Below are positions 12,869 to 26,954 of a stretch of 64,000 nucleotides of DNA, piece after piece. Origin of the DNA: Eledone cirrhosa (lineage: Eukaryota). The stretch lies in contig OZ024744.1 of NCBI GenBank assembly GCA_964016885.1, forward strand, positions 72,912,001 through 72,976,000, written 5' to 3'. The notes under the pieces were generated by a model that worked only from the letters and a program-made list of their open reading frames with translations, searched no databases and had not been told where the DNA came from. The translations under genes and the position numbers were made by a program. The first letter of the stretch is position 1. The number at the start of each line of letters is the position of its first letter.

Positions 12869-14243
12869 AAGGCGGGCAAAATTCCCGAGATCCATGGACG
12901 AGTTCTCTCCAGCGGTCTCTGTCCCTCATTATCGCTGCCATGTCCTGCGTCTCCAACAGACCAGTGTCTGTCCTTAGGGCATCAACATATGTTAACTTTG
13001 GTCTTCCTCTTCTAGTGTGTCCATGTAGGAGCTCCCAAAGGAGCACTGAGTGCAATGTCAACTCTGGATGTCGGTGAGCATGTCCAGCTAACCTCAGTCT
13101 CCTCTGTGTCACTTTTGGGATGCTCCCATACAACTCTGAGTTTTTCAACCTCAGTGTATACTGATTAATGTTCAGAGCCATCCTCAGCATTCTAGTGTAG
13201 CACCCATCCACCATCTGAGTGAGTTTCTTGGTTAGTGTCCAAGTCTCAGACCCATACAGCAGCACAGACTCCACTACAGCAATGAAGAGGCGGATTTTCA
13301 GGTCTCTACGAAGGTCCGACTTCCACACCGATCTCAGCATCCGATACCTTTTTCGCCCTAACTCTGAGCCGGTGCTACAGTAAAGCCAGAGTCCTGGTGT
13401 TTCTCCAGTGCAAGGCGCATACAATAGTCCACTACGATGATAAAAAGGTAGGGAGCCAATGTATCTCCCTGGAGCACTCCAGCCAGTATCTCAAAGAACT
13501 GTCATCCCATCAGGTGTAATGACTTGGGCTTTGGTGTTGGTGTAGAGCAGTGATATCAGGTCCACTATCTTCTTGGGGATTCCATAAGCCTGTAAGATCT
13601 TCATCAGGCAGTAACGGTCCACAGAATCAAAGGCCTTCCTAAAGTCAATGAAAACCATGACTGCAGGAAGGCACTTTGCTCTAGCTCCCTCTAATATCCT
13701 CCTCAGCATCAGGATGTGACTGGTGGTTGATCTACCCTCTCTGAAGCCGTTCTGGTTGTCCCTGAGCTTCTTCTCCATCTCAGGCTGGATCCTTTAAGAA
13801 TCATCCTGTTGAGGGTCTTTGCCACAAGTGACGTCAGTGAGATCCCCTGGTAGTTGTTGGTGTTAGAGAGATCTCCCTTCTTTGGCACTGGGACGATGTT
13901 ACTGATCCTCCACTGATTCGGGGCAACTCCTTTTTCCAGTGCCCCGTTACAGAACCCCAGGATGATATCATCAAAATCACACCTCTTCATCACCTTTGAT
14001 GCCACTCCATATTCTCCATGAGCCTTGCTCTCCTTGATCCTCTTCTTGGCTCTCTGAAGCTCCTCTCTGGTGAAGGGCTCTGTCTCAACATCCAATTCAT
14101 CAAACAGCCGCCTGATCTTCCCAGTGCTCTGGGCTGTGGAGGGTGGCTCTCCTAGTAGGGTCCTAAAATGGTCTAGCCATTTCCTCTTCCTAACCTCGGG
14201 CCCCGTTCCCTGGATCTGACTCGAACACCTTCTCTTCCTCCCA
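12867..14243 (-). mobile_element. Degenerate RTE-like LINE fragment (third family, no PHD insert visible)
   Basis: [17 protein letters not shown]; NQNGFR..STT; FIDFRKAFDSV; LLYGSETW; RLRLAGH..RGRP spread across frameshifted ORFs. Confidence 0.88.
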
Positions 14244-14249
14244 TATATG

Positions 14250-14282
<33 letters not shown>

Positions 14283-14750
14283 GTATGTATATGTATATAT
14301 ATGTATATATATATATATGTATGTATATATGTATATATATGTATATATGTATATATATATATATATGTGTGTGTGTACATCCCATGATGATATTTGTTTT
14401 TGAAATGTGCATAATAAAATACTTGGAACTCTTTTAACCATCTTTTGATCTTATATTATATATATATATATCATCATCATCATATATATATATACACACA
14501 ATATGTATATATATATATACAATTTCTTACTTTTATAAGAACAGATTAAAGTTTAAGCTGAAAATCGCTGCTTTCACCCTTAACAGGATCTTCTGAACCT
14601 AAAATAAAAATCAATCTGTGGACGCAAAAGTTAATATAAAATAAGTATATATATAATGATATATGGAAAGTTATATTTAAATTGTTGGGTTACAACTAGT
14701 AAATATTTATAACTGATATAAAAGCACTCAACAAGTATTTGGAGTATATT

Positions 14751-15146
14751 TACGATATTAAATAAATGGAAACTATATTTATAAAATCATATTTATTTCA
14801 TTATATATATTTCAGGGATATCATATTAACAATATGCTATGCCTTCCTCAGACAAAATACAATATAGACAGTTTTATAGATAAATAGATTTCTTTCTTTC
14901 TTTCTTTTCTTTCTTTCCTTCTTTCTCTCTTTCTTTCTTTCTGTTTACAATTTTTTCACTGCCAAATCAACTTTTCAAATACAAGTCGATGTTGAACGGT
15001 ATGTCAAATCTATTTATCTATAAAACTGTCTATATTGTATTTTGTCTGAGGAAGGCATAGCATATTGTTAATATGATATCCCTGAAATATATATAATGAA
15101 ATAAATATGGTTTTATAAATATAGTTTCCATTTATTTAATATCGTA
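14751..15146. repeat. ~141-bp near-perfect inverted repeat, each arm containing a hammerhead
   Basis: 14751-14891 versus 15006-15146, with a 114-nt spacer. Confidence 0.9.
15038..15103 (+). ncRNA. Type I hammerhead (mirror copy at 14794-14859, minus strand)
   Basis: TATTTTGT-CTGAGGA-AGG.ATA.CATATT gtt AATATG.TAT.CCT-GAAA-TATATA-TA-ATGAAATA. Stem I is 8 bp including 2 G-U pairs; triplet AUA. Confidence 0.75.
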
Positions 15147-15226
15147 TATAATGATATAAATGTTTTTCCATGAAGGATCCATAGAGGTAATTGATATCTT
15201 CTGCTACATAGTTGATATGATTAGCA

Positions 15227-15480
15227 GTGGAGGAGGGTACTGTGACTAACCCAGGTTCTGCTGCACAGGTTTGCGGTTGTACCCTTGGCAGTGGAGTTTC
15301 TGGTGTCCTCGGCCCTAGGGCTACCTCCATACTCACCACAATAGACGCTGAGCTAGCCAGCTGCAGGTGTGAGCCTCGTGAGTTGGAATGGCTTTTCCAG
15401 CGTGTCTCCCTTGCCGACCTCCGGGAAAACGCCTTCTCTATTCTGTCCGCCGGGGCTGTGGGAAGGCCACCAATATGATT
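15227..15480 (+). mobile_element. CRE-clade-like non-LTR retrotransposon C-terminal fragment
   Basis: GVLGPRA..EPRELEWLFQRVSLADLRENAFSIL resembles the FQRLS.A.RGNA C-terminus. A second fragment lies at 35590-35655 on the minus strand. Confidence 0.6.
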
Positions 15481-15537
15481 GACTAACTTGTCATTTCATC
15501 AGTCAGATGTTTTTAGACCCATTGTATGAAGAGCACA

Positions 15538-15900
15538 GTAACTGGAATAAGGACAGTATAGCAGAAGTTTAGCGAACTACTATCTCTCAAGACAAAAACC
15601 TTTTCTCCCTTCAATTGAAAGGCAGGCTGCATGTCGCCTCTGTGCAACGTGCTATGCTGCATGGCTGTGTAACATGGGCAGTTACTGTAGATATGTGCAG
15701 GTTGGAGAGACGTAAAGCCACCATGCTTTGATGAATGTGCAATAGTAATGTAAAAGAACAACAGAAGTTGGATGAACTGAGAGGAGAACTGAGTATAAGA
15801 GGAATCAAAAGAGAAGACTGCATTGTTATGGACATTTGATGTCCATGGATGATGAACACTGGGTGAAGAAGTGCCAAGAAATCTCAGTAGAAGAAGCGAC
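15538..15900 (+). mobile_element. Highly degenerate RTE 3' coding fragment
   Basis: Nucleotide similarity to the RIRTGWKKFRELL..MLHG..RRLRWYGH..WVKKCQE region of the intact RTE. Confidence 0.7.
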
Positions 15901-16769
15901 AGTAGAATATTTATCTGCACCATTTCTTCAGGAAAGTATATCGAAATTTATGTGTTAATTTATATTGACAGAAATACTTGGCTAAACAGTAGAAACACAT
16001 TTACTAAAAGGACAAACAATATACTCATATTGGAGTAAGTTTATATTAGTAACCTACAAAGTAAAAGCCAAGGCATAACTAGGGAAATAGCACCTATAAC
16101 AAGCAGTGAAATTGCGCTCCTGTCCAGTACTGTATTTTACCTATGGAGGTCTAATAATTTATATAAATGGTTTAATGATCCAGCCACCATTATGTTTTCA
16201 CCCATGATGATCAGAGACAAATCATACATACATCTGAAGGAGTTTCTTTTTTCACTCTCAGACAATAGCTTATCTGACTTTAATAGAAAGTGCTCCTAGT
16301 TCAAGTGGCGCCCCCTTTCATGTGGCTTCCATCGCATGTGCCATGCTTGACATACCCTAGTTAAGCCTCTGAGTAAAAGTATAAATTAAACAATTAGCAG
16401 TATGAATTTACTAATCCAGCCATTGCCAAAGCAAAACAGGAATAAGTATATATATATATATATATATAACCAGATACAAATACAAAAGGTGCCAATTAGC
16501 TGGTTAAAAGACTTCTTTAAGAGAATACACCCACAAACAAAACCTTGGAACAATTAATTTTATGCAATTGTTTTTATTAATTTTTAAGGTTAATTTTGAA
16601 TTAATTATATTTTTATCTTCATTAATGTAAACATGTTGAAAAATAAATGTTGTTGATTTGATGGATATCTTTGGTTAACTTTCTCTAATCTTTTATAATA
16701 TATATATATATATATAAAATATTAAACAAATAATGAACAAACAATTCCTTATATTAAACAAAAAAAGTT

Positions 16770-16920
16770 CACTATTTAACGATCGTTTCTAGGGTATATA
16801 TGTGTTATAATTGGTATGCATATTCAACAGATCTATGTACAAAATTATACAAAATTATACAAATTATCAAGATTAAATATACATACCTAACACATATATA
16901 CGCCGTCTTCAGAAATAATG
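16770..16920 (-). ncRNA. Type I hammerhead with 116-nt extended stem II
   Basis: CATTATTT-CTGAAGA-..GTATATATGTGTT..GGTATGTATATTTA..TGAATATGCATACC..AACACATATATAC..-GAAA-CGATCG-TT-AAATAGTG; 8-bp stem I. Confidence 0.78.
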
Positions 16921-17499
16921 AAGTATATTTATTGATAATAACAACAATTCAAAATATCAGTTCAAAATTGACCAATGAAAACACAAAGGGTTAAAAGCAG
17001 TTTGGTGTGTGTATATACATGTAAAATCCTTACACATATTTTACAATAATGTGTGTATAATTTGTATGTGCATACTAAAAAGATGGATGCAAACACAAAA
17101 TTTCAAGGTTAATATCTCTGTAAGCTTAATGCGCTGATAAGATGCGCAATGATACTTATGGAGTCAAGCATATAAATATATTTTTTTCATACTCACACAT
17201 ATCAGTATAATAACACATACATGCGCGTATATGCATAAATATACACATAACCACGAACATACAAACACACACACTCCCCCACTCACATTTATATATGTGG
17301 ATATAAAATCATAAGCAAATAGAAATTAAGTCACTCACATAAAACACTGGCACACACATTTCAAGATCAAGATACAGAAATTAGGTGGGAGGGGGGGGAA
17401 GGGGTCAGTATTAGATTGTCAGAGCAGACTGCCTAATATAAATGTATCTATAAATTAAGAAAAATAAAAAAATAAAAACAATAAAATATAATAAATATA

Positions 17500-17743
17500 A
17501 TATAATGTACATACACATACAGATATACATACACATACATACATGTACGCGCACATAGAGATATTTACGCATACACACATACACACATACGTATACAGTC
17601 ATACACACACATACACTTACACGAACATACACATACACATATAAAAAGATATATATACACACACACACACGCGCAACACATACACACATACACATATATA
17701 TAAAAAATAGATAATAAAGATATATATCCATATATATATATAT

Positions 17744-17802
<59 letters not shown>

Positions 17803-17897
17803 TATACACATACATACCCATACATCTAAATATACATACACATACATACACACATACATGTATATACATGTACATACATATACGCACATCGATATAC

Positions 17898-17928
<31 letters not shown>

Positions 17929-18289
17929 TATATATATATATATACACTCACATAGACATAAAGATACATACACACACAACTTACATACACACGCATATAT
18001 ATATATATATATATATATATAGATGTACCTTCATACATAGAATTAGATATATAATCATACATACATATGCACCTACCTATACTCATATAAATAAATATAT
18101 ACGCTTCCATATATGTGTATACACATAAAAAACAATACCACCTCACCAAACTCAGACATACAAATGAAAATAATAATAAAAAAACGCATATGTATATATA
18201 TACACACACGCATTAATAGAGATATATATATATACACACATATATACACACACATATATATACATACACACACACATACCTACACATAC

Positions 18290-18350
<61 letters not shown>

Positions 18351-18358
18351 TAGACTCA

Positions 18359-18390
<32 letters not shown>

Positions 18391-18668
18391 AACATATATA
18401 TCTACACACTCATACCACCATAAATACACATACAAACACCCACATATATATATATATATATCCACATACACACACGTATACATATATATATATATATATA
18501 TACACATACATATATATATATACACACACATAAAAAACAGACATGCACATATATATATATATATATATATTTCATTACTCTTATAAATGCACACAGTATA
18601 TATACATACACAACCTCACTTATACACATATACACATAAGTTATATTACAATAATAATAAAGAATAAT

Positions 18669-18701
<33 letters not shown>

Positions 18702-18841
18702 CATACATACATACATATACATACATACATACACATACATACATACACATAAATATATACATACATAAATACACACATACGAATAAAGACATATATTCAC
18801 ACATAGACACCTATATACATATATATATATATATATATATC

Positions 18842-18891
<50 letters not shown>

Positions 18892-20160
18892 CACACACAC
18901 ACACACACACAGACACACATACACACTCACATATATATATATATATATATGTGTATGTGAGTGTGCGCACATACACATATATACACACACACATACAAAC
19001 ACATACAAACACATACATATGCATACGTGCACACACACACACATATATCACATAGATACGAAGATAAACATATAAATAGAGAGACATACAAATATATACA
19101 CAACACATATACACATACATACATACACGCATATACATATACATACATATATACACATATATATATTCCCATATACAAGCATACACATACATACACATAT
19201 ATACACATACATACACATATACATACCACACATTCACATACACATACATATATAATACATATATATACATATATATACATACATATGTATGTACAATCAT
19301 ATATACACACTCAATCTTACATTCATATTTACATGCTCATATATGTATTTTTATATTTAGAAATAAATACCAAAACCTATATAGACACCCACCTACATAT
19401 ATATTCATACATATACGCTTACAAATACAGATGATAATAGTATGGGGGAAAGGGGGGGTTTGGAGAAGGGGATCAAAGTAAATATATGTTTCAAGAAACA
19501 TATAATATTTTCCGTATCTTAATTCAATGTATGTTCTTACATATTTTCAGTGCTAGGAAATACGAAATCTATGCATCTCAAAATAAATAAGTATACCATT
19601 AATCATATGTTAACTAAACCAAAGATAGTCAACATATTGATTTCTAAGGTGTAAATTAGTTAGGTTTATAATATTTGAAGCAGAATTATGAAGTCAAACA
19701 GTAGTAGATTATTAATTACATTATAACTAAATTAAAGTTAATAACGTTATGGTATCAATATTAGGAGATGAATTTAGTAATAGGGAAAAGAAACCCAAAT
19801 AAAAATAAAATAAAGTATTACATCGGTAGTAGCATATAAATTATATGTTAACTAAATTAAAAATTATATATTTATTTCAATAGTATACGTTAATTAGTAT
19901 ATGTTAATTAGGTATACAATACATAAAGCAGATATTGTATTTCATCAATAGCATAATATAATTATATGCAAATAAAAATCAAAATTAATACGCATACATA
20001 TACATATACATACACATACACATATACATACATATACACACATATATATATATATATACATATATATACACATATATACATATATACTCACATAAACATA
20101 CATACAGATACACATACACAACACACACATATACATATACATACACATATACATATCTTT
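17500..20160. repeat. Degenerate (CA)/(TA)/(CATA) low-complexity tracts
   Basis: Directly visible. Confidence 0.85.
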
Positions 20161-20614
20161 TTCAAAAAATTGCACAGAATATATTAACTAGGTATATATC
20201 CAAAACACATCCCATTCTATGATTACATGACATTCTGCAATTCGTCTGTACAAGGATACTAATTTTAAGCAAATTAAAATTAAAGTTTTAGGTTGATTAA
20301 AACTAAAACCAAATAATAAATATATTTCCAAAATGTATATTAATTAGGTCTATAATACTAAAAATTCTTTCTCACGTCATTGGATACATGATATTATTTT
20401 GTTATATTTTATCTGTAAAAGAATTATAATAAAAAGGTTTAAATAAATTAAAATTAATCTATAAATTAAATTACTGAGTATATATTAGTAATATTTAAAG
20501 GTTTTTCAAAATTTATGATTACATAATATTTTCTCATCTGTAATAAAATATTAATTAAATTAAATTTATAGGTTAACTAACATTTAAATTAAATTAATTT
20601 CTAGAATAATGTTA

Positions 20615-21778
20615 TTAATTAGGTTTATAATATTTAAATGTTTTTTTTAGTTTATGATTACACGATATAATTAATTCCTGTCGTTTATTTAATAAGATAT
20701 CCCTAGACTTCATTATTTCAAATAGTTCTTGGGAACATAATCTACATTCCTTTCTATTATTTTGATAAGGGGTGGCTCTTTTGAGTACACTCCAGGTCAA
20801 ATCATATTTTATATTTTTATTTTTATAACTATTGATTTTTTCTGCTAGAGATGTTGTATTAGCCAGTGCGGCATTTTTAAAGCTATGTTTGTGGGTATTA
20901 TACCTTGTCTTAAAATTGTTAGAGGTAGCTCCTATATATGAGCAAATAGAATCTTTAGTTTTAACATTACATTTATAGACTATGTTGTTAACAAGACAAT
21001 TCCCTTTTAATGGGCAGTTTGTTTTGTTTCTACAGTTACATCCTTTCGTTAATTCTGTATTTGAGGAGATATTATTGTTAATTTGATGTACTGGTGGTAT
21101 ACTTATGGTTTTCTTACATTTATATGCATTATATGCACTTATATTTTGTTTTATGTTATTTGTTGTAGAGTATGAGAATTTAACTGTAGACCTATTTAAG
21201 ATTTGATGGTATTTGTGGTTTGGCGGGAAGTTTTTCTCAAGGATATAAAAAAATTTTTTAGCAATATTATCATTAACTTGTAAATTAAAAGGAGCATTAT
21301 ACCAAGTAACTCGTCTATTACGGTTTCTATGTTGTTTATTATTTTTATTATTTTTATATGTTGTATCATGATTTTTACTAGGAGGATTAATGTTAATGAT
21401 CTCACCACAACTATTTTTAGTTATATTTGTAGATTTAGGTGTTTTATCTTTTTTATTAGGAGTTTTATTATTAATATTTATTATAGTTGTATGATGAGTA
21501 GTTTTTTGAGGGTTACTATACTTTATATTAGAAGATTTAGTATTTTGGGGTATATTGTGGGTGGCATTTAGGTGTGTACTTTTCATTTGGTGTTTGTTGG
21601 TAATATTATGCTGTATGCTTTCAGTATTTTTAGTAGAAGGTATATACTCTAATCTATTTTTGTGGCCACTTCTATCTAGAGCTTCATTATAAAAGGTCGC
21701 ATTTTTATCAAATACATCTTGGTTAGAAGAAAGGTTAGAAATTCTAAGTGATATATTATATGCAAGGTTTTTAAGGAT

Positions 21779-21779
<1 letters not shown>
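20615..21779 (-). pseudogene. Second Penelope-like element ORF (thumb end + CxCx5Cx5C + GIY-YIG), 5'-truncated at (TA)n
   Basis: Frame is open from ILKNLAYNISLRISNLSS..FYNEAL; WYNAPF; CNCRNKTNCPLKGNC; IVY..SYIGAT..FKTRYNTH; CRLC..E..LLNKRQE..CNH. Confidence 0.9.
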
Positions 21780-21816
<37 letters not shown>

Positions 21817-21854
21817 AGGAACGAGTAGGACCCCGACGGCTAATACTGGACTAA

Positions 21855-21887
<33 letters not shown>

Positions 21888-21892
<5 letters not shown>

Positions 21893-22046
21893 CCGTCCCT
21901 TCAATCTTTCTAATTTCTCATTCTTTCTTCTAACGAAGGACTAGTGCCCAAAACGTTAAAACCCTCTTCCTGTTATTTGATGCATTAACCTAATATATTC
22001 CTTCCTTACACTGTACCAATCGTGTTGTTATTTCTGTTTACCTTTT
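21888..22046 (+). mobile_element. Short TA-flanked repeat with degenerate minimal hammerhead
   Basis: Homologous to 55358-55513 (minus). Reads TCTT-CTAACGA-AGGACTAGTGCCC-AAAACGTT-AAAA. Confidence 0.6.
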
Positions 22047-22064
22047 ACATACATACATACATAC

Positions 22065-22140
<76 letters not shown>

Positions 22141-22167
22141 ATATATACACACACACACATACATATG

Positions 22168-22207
<40 letters not shown>

Positions 22208-22525
22208 TAATATATATATATATATGTGTGTATATATACACACACACATACATATGTATATATATATACATACACACACACACACACACACACATATATA
22301 TGTATGTATGTATGTATATATATATACACACATGTACACATGCTCACACACACACACACACATATATATGTATGTATATATATATATATATATACACACA
22401 AACACACATGTACACACACACACACACACACCCACACACACACACACATGTATGTATATAATGCATGTGTGTATGTATAGAACAATGAAAATAAAACAAA
22501 AGTCCGAGATAGGTAGTTAATTAGT

Positions 22526-22656
22526 TCATTGTTTTACGATCGTTTCAGAGGGTTGAATGATCATGATATATCGACTAGCGGGTAGTGGCAATGTCGTTAC
22601 TTGTTTCTAGTCTCAAACTCCCTGATCAATTCAACTGTCTTCCTCAGAAACAATGA
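22526..22656 (-). ncRNA. Type I hammerhead, canonical core, 94-nt extended stem II
   Basis: TCATTGTTT-CTGAGGA-AGA..GTTGAAT.GATCA..GACTAG..CTAGTC..TGATC-ATTCAAC..TCT-GAAA-CGATCG-TA-AAACAATGA. Perfect 9-bp stem I; triplet GUA. Confidence 0.85.
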
Positions 22657-22989
22657 TCATAATTCATTGTTTCTGAGGGAGGTTCATGTTTGGAGAGAGT
22701 CAAATGAGAATTTAAGCATATTGGTCATAAGTCCTTTAAGAAAAAGCAAAGCTTAGAGAGAGAGAGAGAGAACAACAGAAACTTACAAATATACCAACAA
22801 ACACAACTAAAACCATTTTATTGTAACACATATATACTCTCAAATCCACAGACACACACAAGTACATTAATTCATACACACTCACACACAAGTGAATGCA
22901 TTTTGTTGTAGAACTCATACATACACACATATAAACACTGACGCATACACACAAATATATGCACTAGCAAACACATTTTGTTATAACAC

Positions 22990-23900
22990 TTATACACACA
23001 CCCACACACACACAAACACAGATACACACTCACATACACAAATAATGACACACCCACATAAATATATGCACACACACACACAAACACAAATTCAGGCACA
23101 CATGCACACACATAAATAGTGACACAGCCCCACACAAATACAGGCCAACGCACACACAATAAATACAGGCGCACACACATACACACACACAAATACAGGC
23201 ACACACACAAATAGAGGCACACACACAGGCACACACACAGGCACACACACAGGCACACACACACAAATACAGGCACACATGCATACACACAACTAGCAAC
23301 ACACCCCCACACAAGTACAGGCACATGTGCACACACACAAATTCAAACACACACACACACAAATACAGGCAAACACACGCACACATACATACACACACAA
23401 ATACAAGCACATGTGCACACACACAAATACAGGCATATGGACACACACAAATACAGACACACACACACAAAAATACAGACATATGCACAGACACACACAA
23501 ATACAGGCACACATGCACACACATAAATACAGACACACACACACACAAATACAGGCACAAACACACAAATACAGACACACACATACACACACAAATACAT
23601 ACAAACGCAAATACAGACACATGTGCACACACAAATACAGACACATGTGCACACACACACACACACACACACACAAATACAGACGCATTTGCGCACACAC
23701 ATACAGGCACACACAAATACAGGCAAACACACGCACGCACACATACGGTGACACACACTCACACAAATAGAGGCACACATGTACACACACACGCACATAC
23801 ACCAAATAGAGGCACAGATGCACACACGCACAAACACGCAAATAGAGGCATACACACACATCCACACAAATAACATTGACACTCACACAGACAAGCAAGC
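22990..23900. repeat. Cryptic minisatellite (ACACACAAATACAGGCAC-like units); inverted related tract at 24470-24690
   Basis: Recurrent AAATACAG(G/A)CAC within CA repeats; reverse-complement TGTGCCTGTATTTG in the second tract. Confidence 0.8.
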
Positions 23901-24718
23901 ACATTTCGTTGCGGTCTGTTGCTCAATGAAACAATTAGACAATCATTTTGGATATAATAGTTTCTGAAATTCATTATTTTCTAATATGGAATTACCAAAC
24001 TGATTCTTGACACTTTGGTACAGCTTTACAGTGTCAAAGATGTGGTTACTAATGTCATTTGTTTTATTGTTCTATTTGTGTTGTTGGTTTTTTTGTTTTG
24101 TTTTGTTTGGCAGTTTTTGTTTGTTTTTTTTTTGTTTTTTTTACTTCCTTAGTTGGTAATATTTGTTATTTTTATTATTTATTTTGCTGATTTGCTTTTC
24201 TTCTTTTGATTATCCAAGCTATTTTCAACATGAAATCTTGATGCCAAACTTAAATTTACTGATATTGATTGAAATAGAATAGAATAGAATGAAATGAAAT
24301 AATATAATAAAATAAAATAAAATAAAATAAAATAAAAAAAAAATTAATATTTAAATAATGCAAAAAAAAAAAAAATCAGACAATAAAAAAAAATCATAAA
24401 ACACCTCAAATGTTTCTAAATTTTGTAACTTAAATATCTGCTCATAGACATTGGGTGTGCTATATATGTTATGGGTTATGCATGTATTTGTGTGTGTGTG
24501 CATGTGTGCCTGTATTAGTGTGTGTGTCTGTATTTGTATGGGTGTGTCTGTATTTTTATAGGTGTATGTGCATGTGTGCCTGTATTTGTATGTGTGTGTG
24601 TCTGCATTTGTGTGTGCATGTGTGTCTGTATTTGTGTGTGTCTGTCTGTATGTATGTATTTATGTGTGTGTGCATGTATGCCTGTATTCGCAAGATGAGA
24701 AAAGCGGACATAAAATGG

Positions 24719-24752
<34 letters not shown>

Positions 24753-25384
24753 TGTATGTATGTGTATAAGTATACATGCCTATCACCATCATCACCATCA
24801 TCATCTTTTTATGTCTGTGTTCCATGCTGGCATGAGTTGGACACGTCACACTCTGAAATTAGATAAGTAGAATGATGAACTGTTAATCATATATTCCATA
24901 TTTTGGGCATGAATTCTACAGTTGGATGCCTTTACTACTGCCAGCCACTGATCTGTAGTTGGAGAGGGATATGAGGCTCTGGCAGAAGTGGGAAACATGC
25001 GTACATAGATACATACATACAGACATATGTACATTCGTACGTACATACACACCCACACACGTGCACATGTACACATACATGCATGCACGAAGGCCATTTT
25101 CCCTGCTAAAACAGGGGTGGGTTAACCTTGCAAGCCCCATTTCAAGCTTCTCTGATTTCCTGTATTGTCTGCATTCCTCCCCTCACTAATTCCCTGGCTT
25201 TCATTTCCTCCTTGGTCAGTTTTAGCTATGTCATTCTTGGCCTTCCTCTTCTTCTACTACCCATCACATTGATTTGCATCACTCCTCTCACCCAGTCACT
25301 TTCATCTTTCCTCAACGCATGACCAAACCATTTCTTTTTATTTCTATTCACAACACTCTTTATTGACTCTATTCCCAAGGTTTC

Positions 25385-25652
25385 GGCTCACAATTGTAAG
25401 ATCGTGAGTTCGATTCCCGGTGGCGCATAGTGTCCTTGAGCAAGACACTTTATTTCACCTTGCTCCAGTCCACTCGGCTGGCAAAAATGAATTGTACCAG
25501 TAATTCAATGGGCCAGCCTTGTCACATTCGGTGTCACGCTGAATCTCCCTGAGAACTATATAAAGGGTACGCATGTCTGTGGAATGCTCAGCCACTTGCA
25601 TATTAATTTCACAAGCAGGCTGTTCCATTGATTGGATCAATTGGAACACTCC
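25385..25652 (+). mobile_element. tRNA-CORE SINE with a different body/tail, inserted in a degenerate RTE fragment
   Basis: GAGTTCGATTCC B-box and TGTCCTTGAGCAAGACACTT, followed by an unrelated 3' part. Confidence 0.75.
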
Positions 25653-25830
25653 TAATCTGTAAGTCATTGTTTGTCTTCCTTTCTCTGAATATTTCCCCAC
25701 TCATCCATTCTTATTTCTGTCCTTTCTAGCTTAATCAGGCTGTCCAATATTAATTAATAAAGAATACATCTATAGCATGATTAATTAGGGGTTTTCATAC
25801 ATAAGAAGTTCACGCCAGTACTATTAAATA

Positions 25831-26129
25831 CTAGAACTTTTTTCAAGACACTGACACGTGTATGAGTATATTATTATAAACACGCAAACATAGACGCTTA
25901 CAAAAATTCACACTCACAGACATAGATTCACACAATCACACATACATTTATACAAACAGACACATACACATATGCTCACACACAGCGTAGCAAATGGAAC
26001 GTCGGCTGTTGTTTTGCCATTGTTTTTTCATCATCTCCTTCTTTCCTTCCCTTTACACACACATACATTCACACACACACCATTGTGTGACAGACGGAAA
26101 GACGGAAGTCACTCAAATTTATATATAGA
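25831..26129 (-). mobile_element. Non-autonomous Helitron
   Basis: Minus strand A|TCTATATATAAAT...ACGTGTCAG..TTGAAAAAAGTTCTAG|T: 5' TC, 3' CTAG, A/T target. Termini match those of 40482-41035. Confidence 0.75.
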
Positions 26130-26524
26130 TTCCAAAAATGTAGCTTAAGCATATATAAAACCTAGACTCAGAAAGACAAAACAAGTATATTTTTGGAATA
26201 TTCCAATTGACACAGACAGGAAGATCAAAATTAATCAGATAGCTATTGTTGTCAAGACTCGTCTAACCCATGCTAGCGTGGAAGATGGACGTTAAACGAT
26301 GATGATGATAATGAATGGGAAAGCCTCCTTTCTAACCAAAGTATCAGACCCAACACATAATAATGTATCTAAAAAAAAGGGGGGGGGGGGGTAAGGGGGG
26401 TAAATTATCCAAATACAAAGATCTAGAGGTATAAATAACTAGATTGTGTATGACTGAAAATAGAAACAATCCCTAATAATACATGTTACAGCCTGATAAG
26501 CCTCCGGGCTCAAAACAGACTTAA

Positions 26525-26954
26525 CCCTTTAGCATTTACATTACTCTATATATGCGCTATATACTCTATATAAGGCGGTGGATTGACAGTATCGGTAGAG
26601 AGTCGGACGCCATGCTTTCCAGCATAGTTACGTCCCTTTACGGTCTGAGTTCAAATCCCGCCGAGGTTCACTTTACCTTTCATCCTTACGGGGTCGATAA
26701 AATAAAGTACCAGTAATGCACTGGGTAATTGCTGGCCTTGTGCCAAAAGTAGAAACAATTACTCTATATATGCGCTATATATTTTCATGGTAAATGCTTT
26801 ACCTTGCATAATTATCTCACATAATATCGAAACTGAGATTTTGATATTGTTTATATTGAGAACAATACCTTAATATTAGTATGAGTGGCTGGTTACAACT
26901 TATTTGAAGAAAATTCTGTTTGATAGAATTCTGGCTGGTTTAAATGCTAAAGGG
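26525..26954. mobile_element. piggyBac-type MITE containing a nested SINE
   Basis: TTAA|CCCTTTAGCATTTA ... TAAATGCTAAAGGG|TTAA, giving 14-bp TIRs and a TTAA TSD. Confidence 0.85.
26573..26760 (+). mobile_element. tRNA-derived SINE with Deu/Nin-like domain
   Basis: GAGTTCAAATCC B-box and CCTTTCATCCTTACGGGGTCGATAAAATAAAGTACCAG; flanked by a ~23-bp duplication TTACTCTATATATGCGCTATATA. Confidence 0.85.

Noticed and set aside
12387-14600. Hammerhead-like remnants at 12387-12427 and 14560-14600 (minus)
   Set aside because: Core nucleotides and stem I are too degenerate (CTGATAT, CAGAAGA) to call.
8950-21779. Selenoprotein-type PLE (in-frame TGA for Cys, SECIS)
   Set aside because: Conserved Cys positions are ordinary Cys codons in both ORFs and no canonical SECIS was evident.
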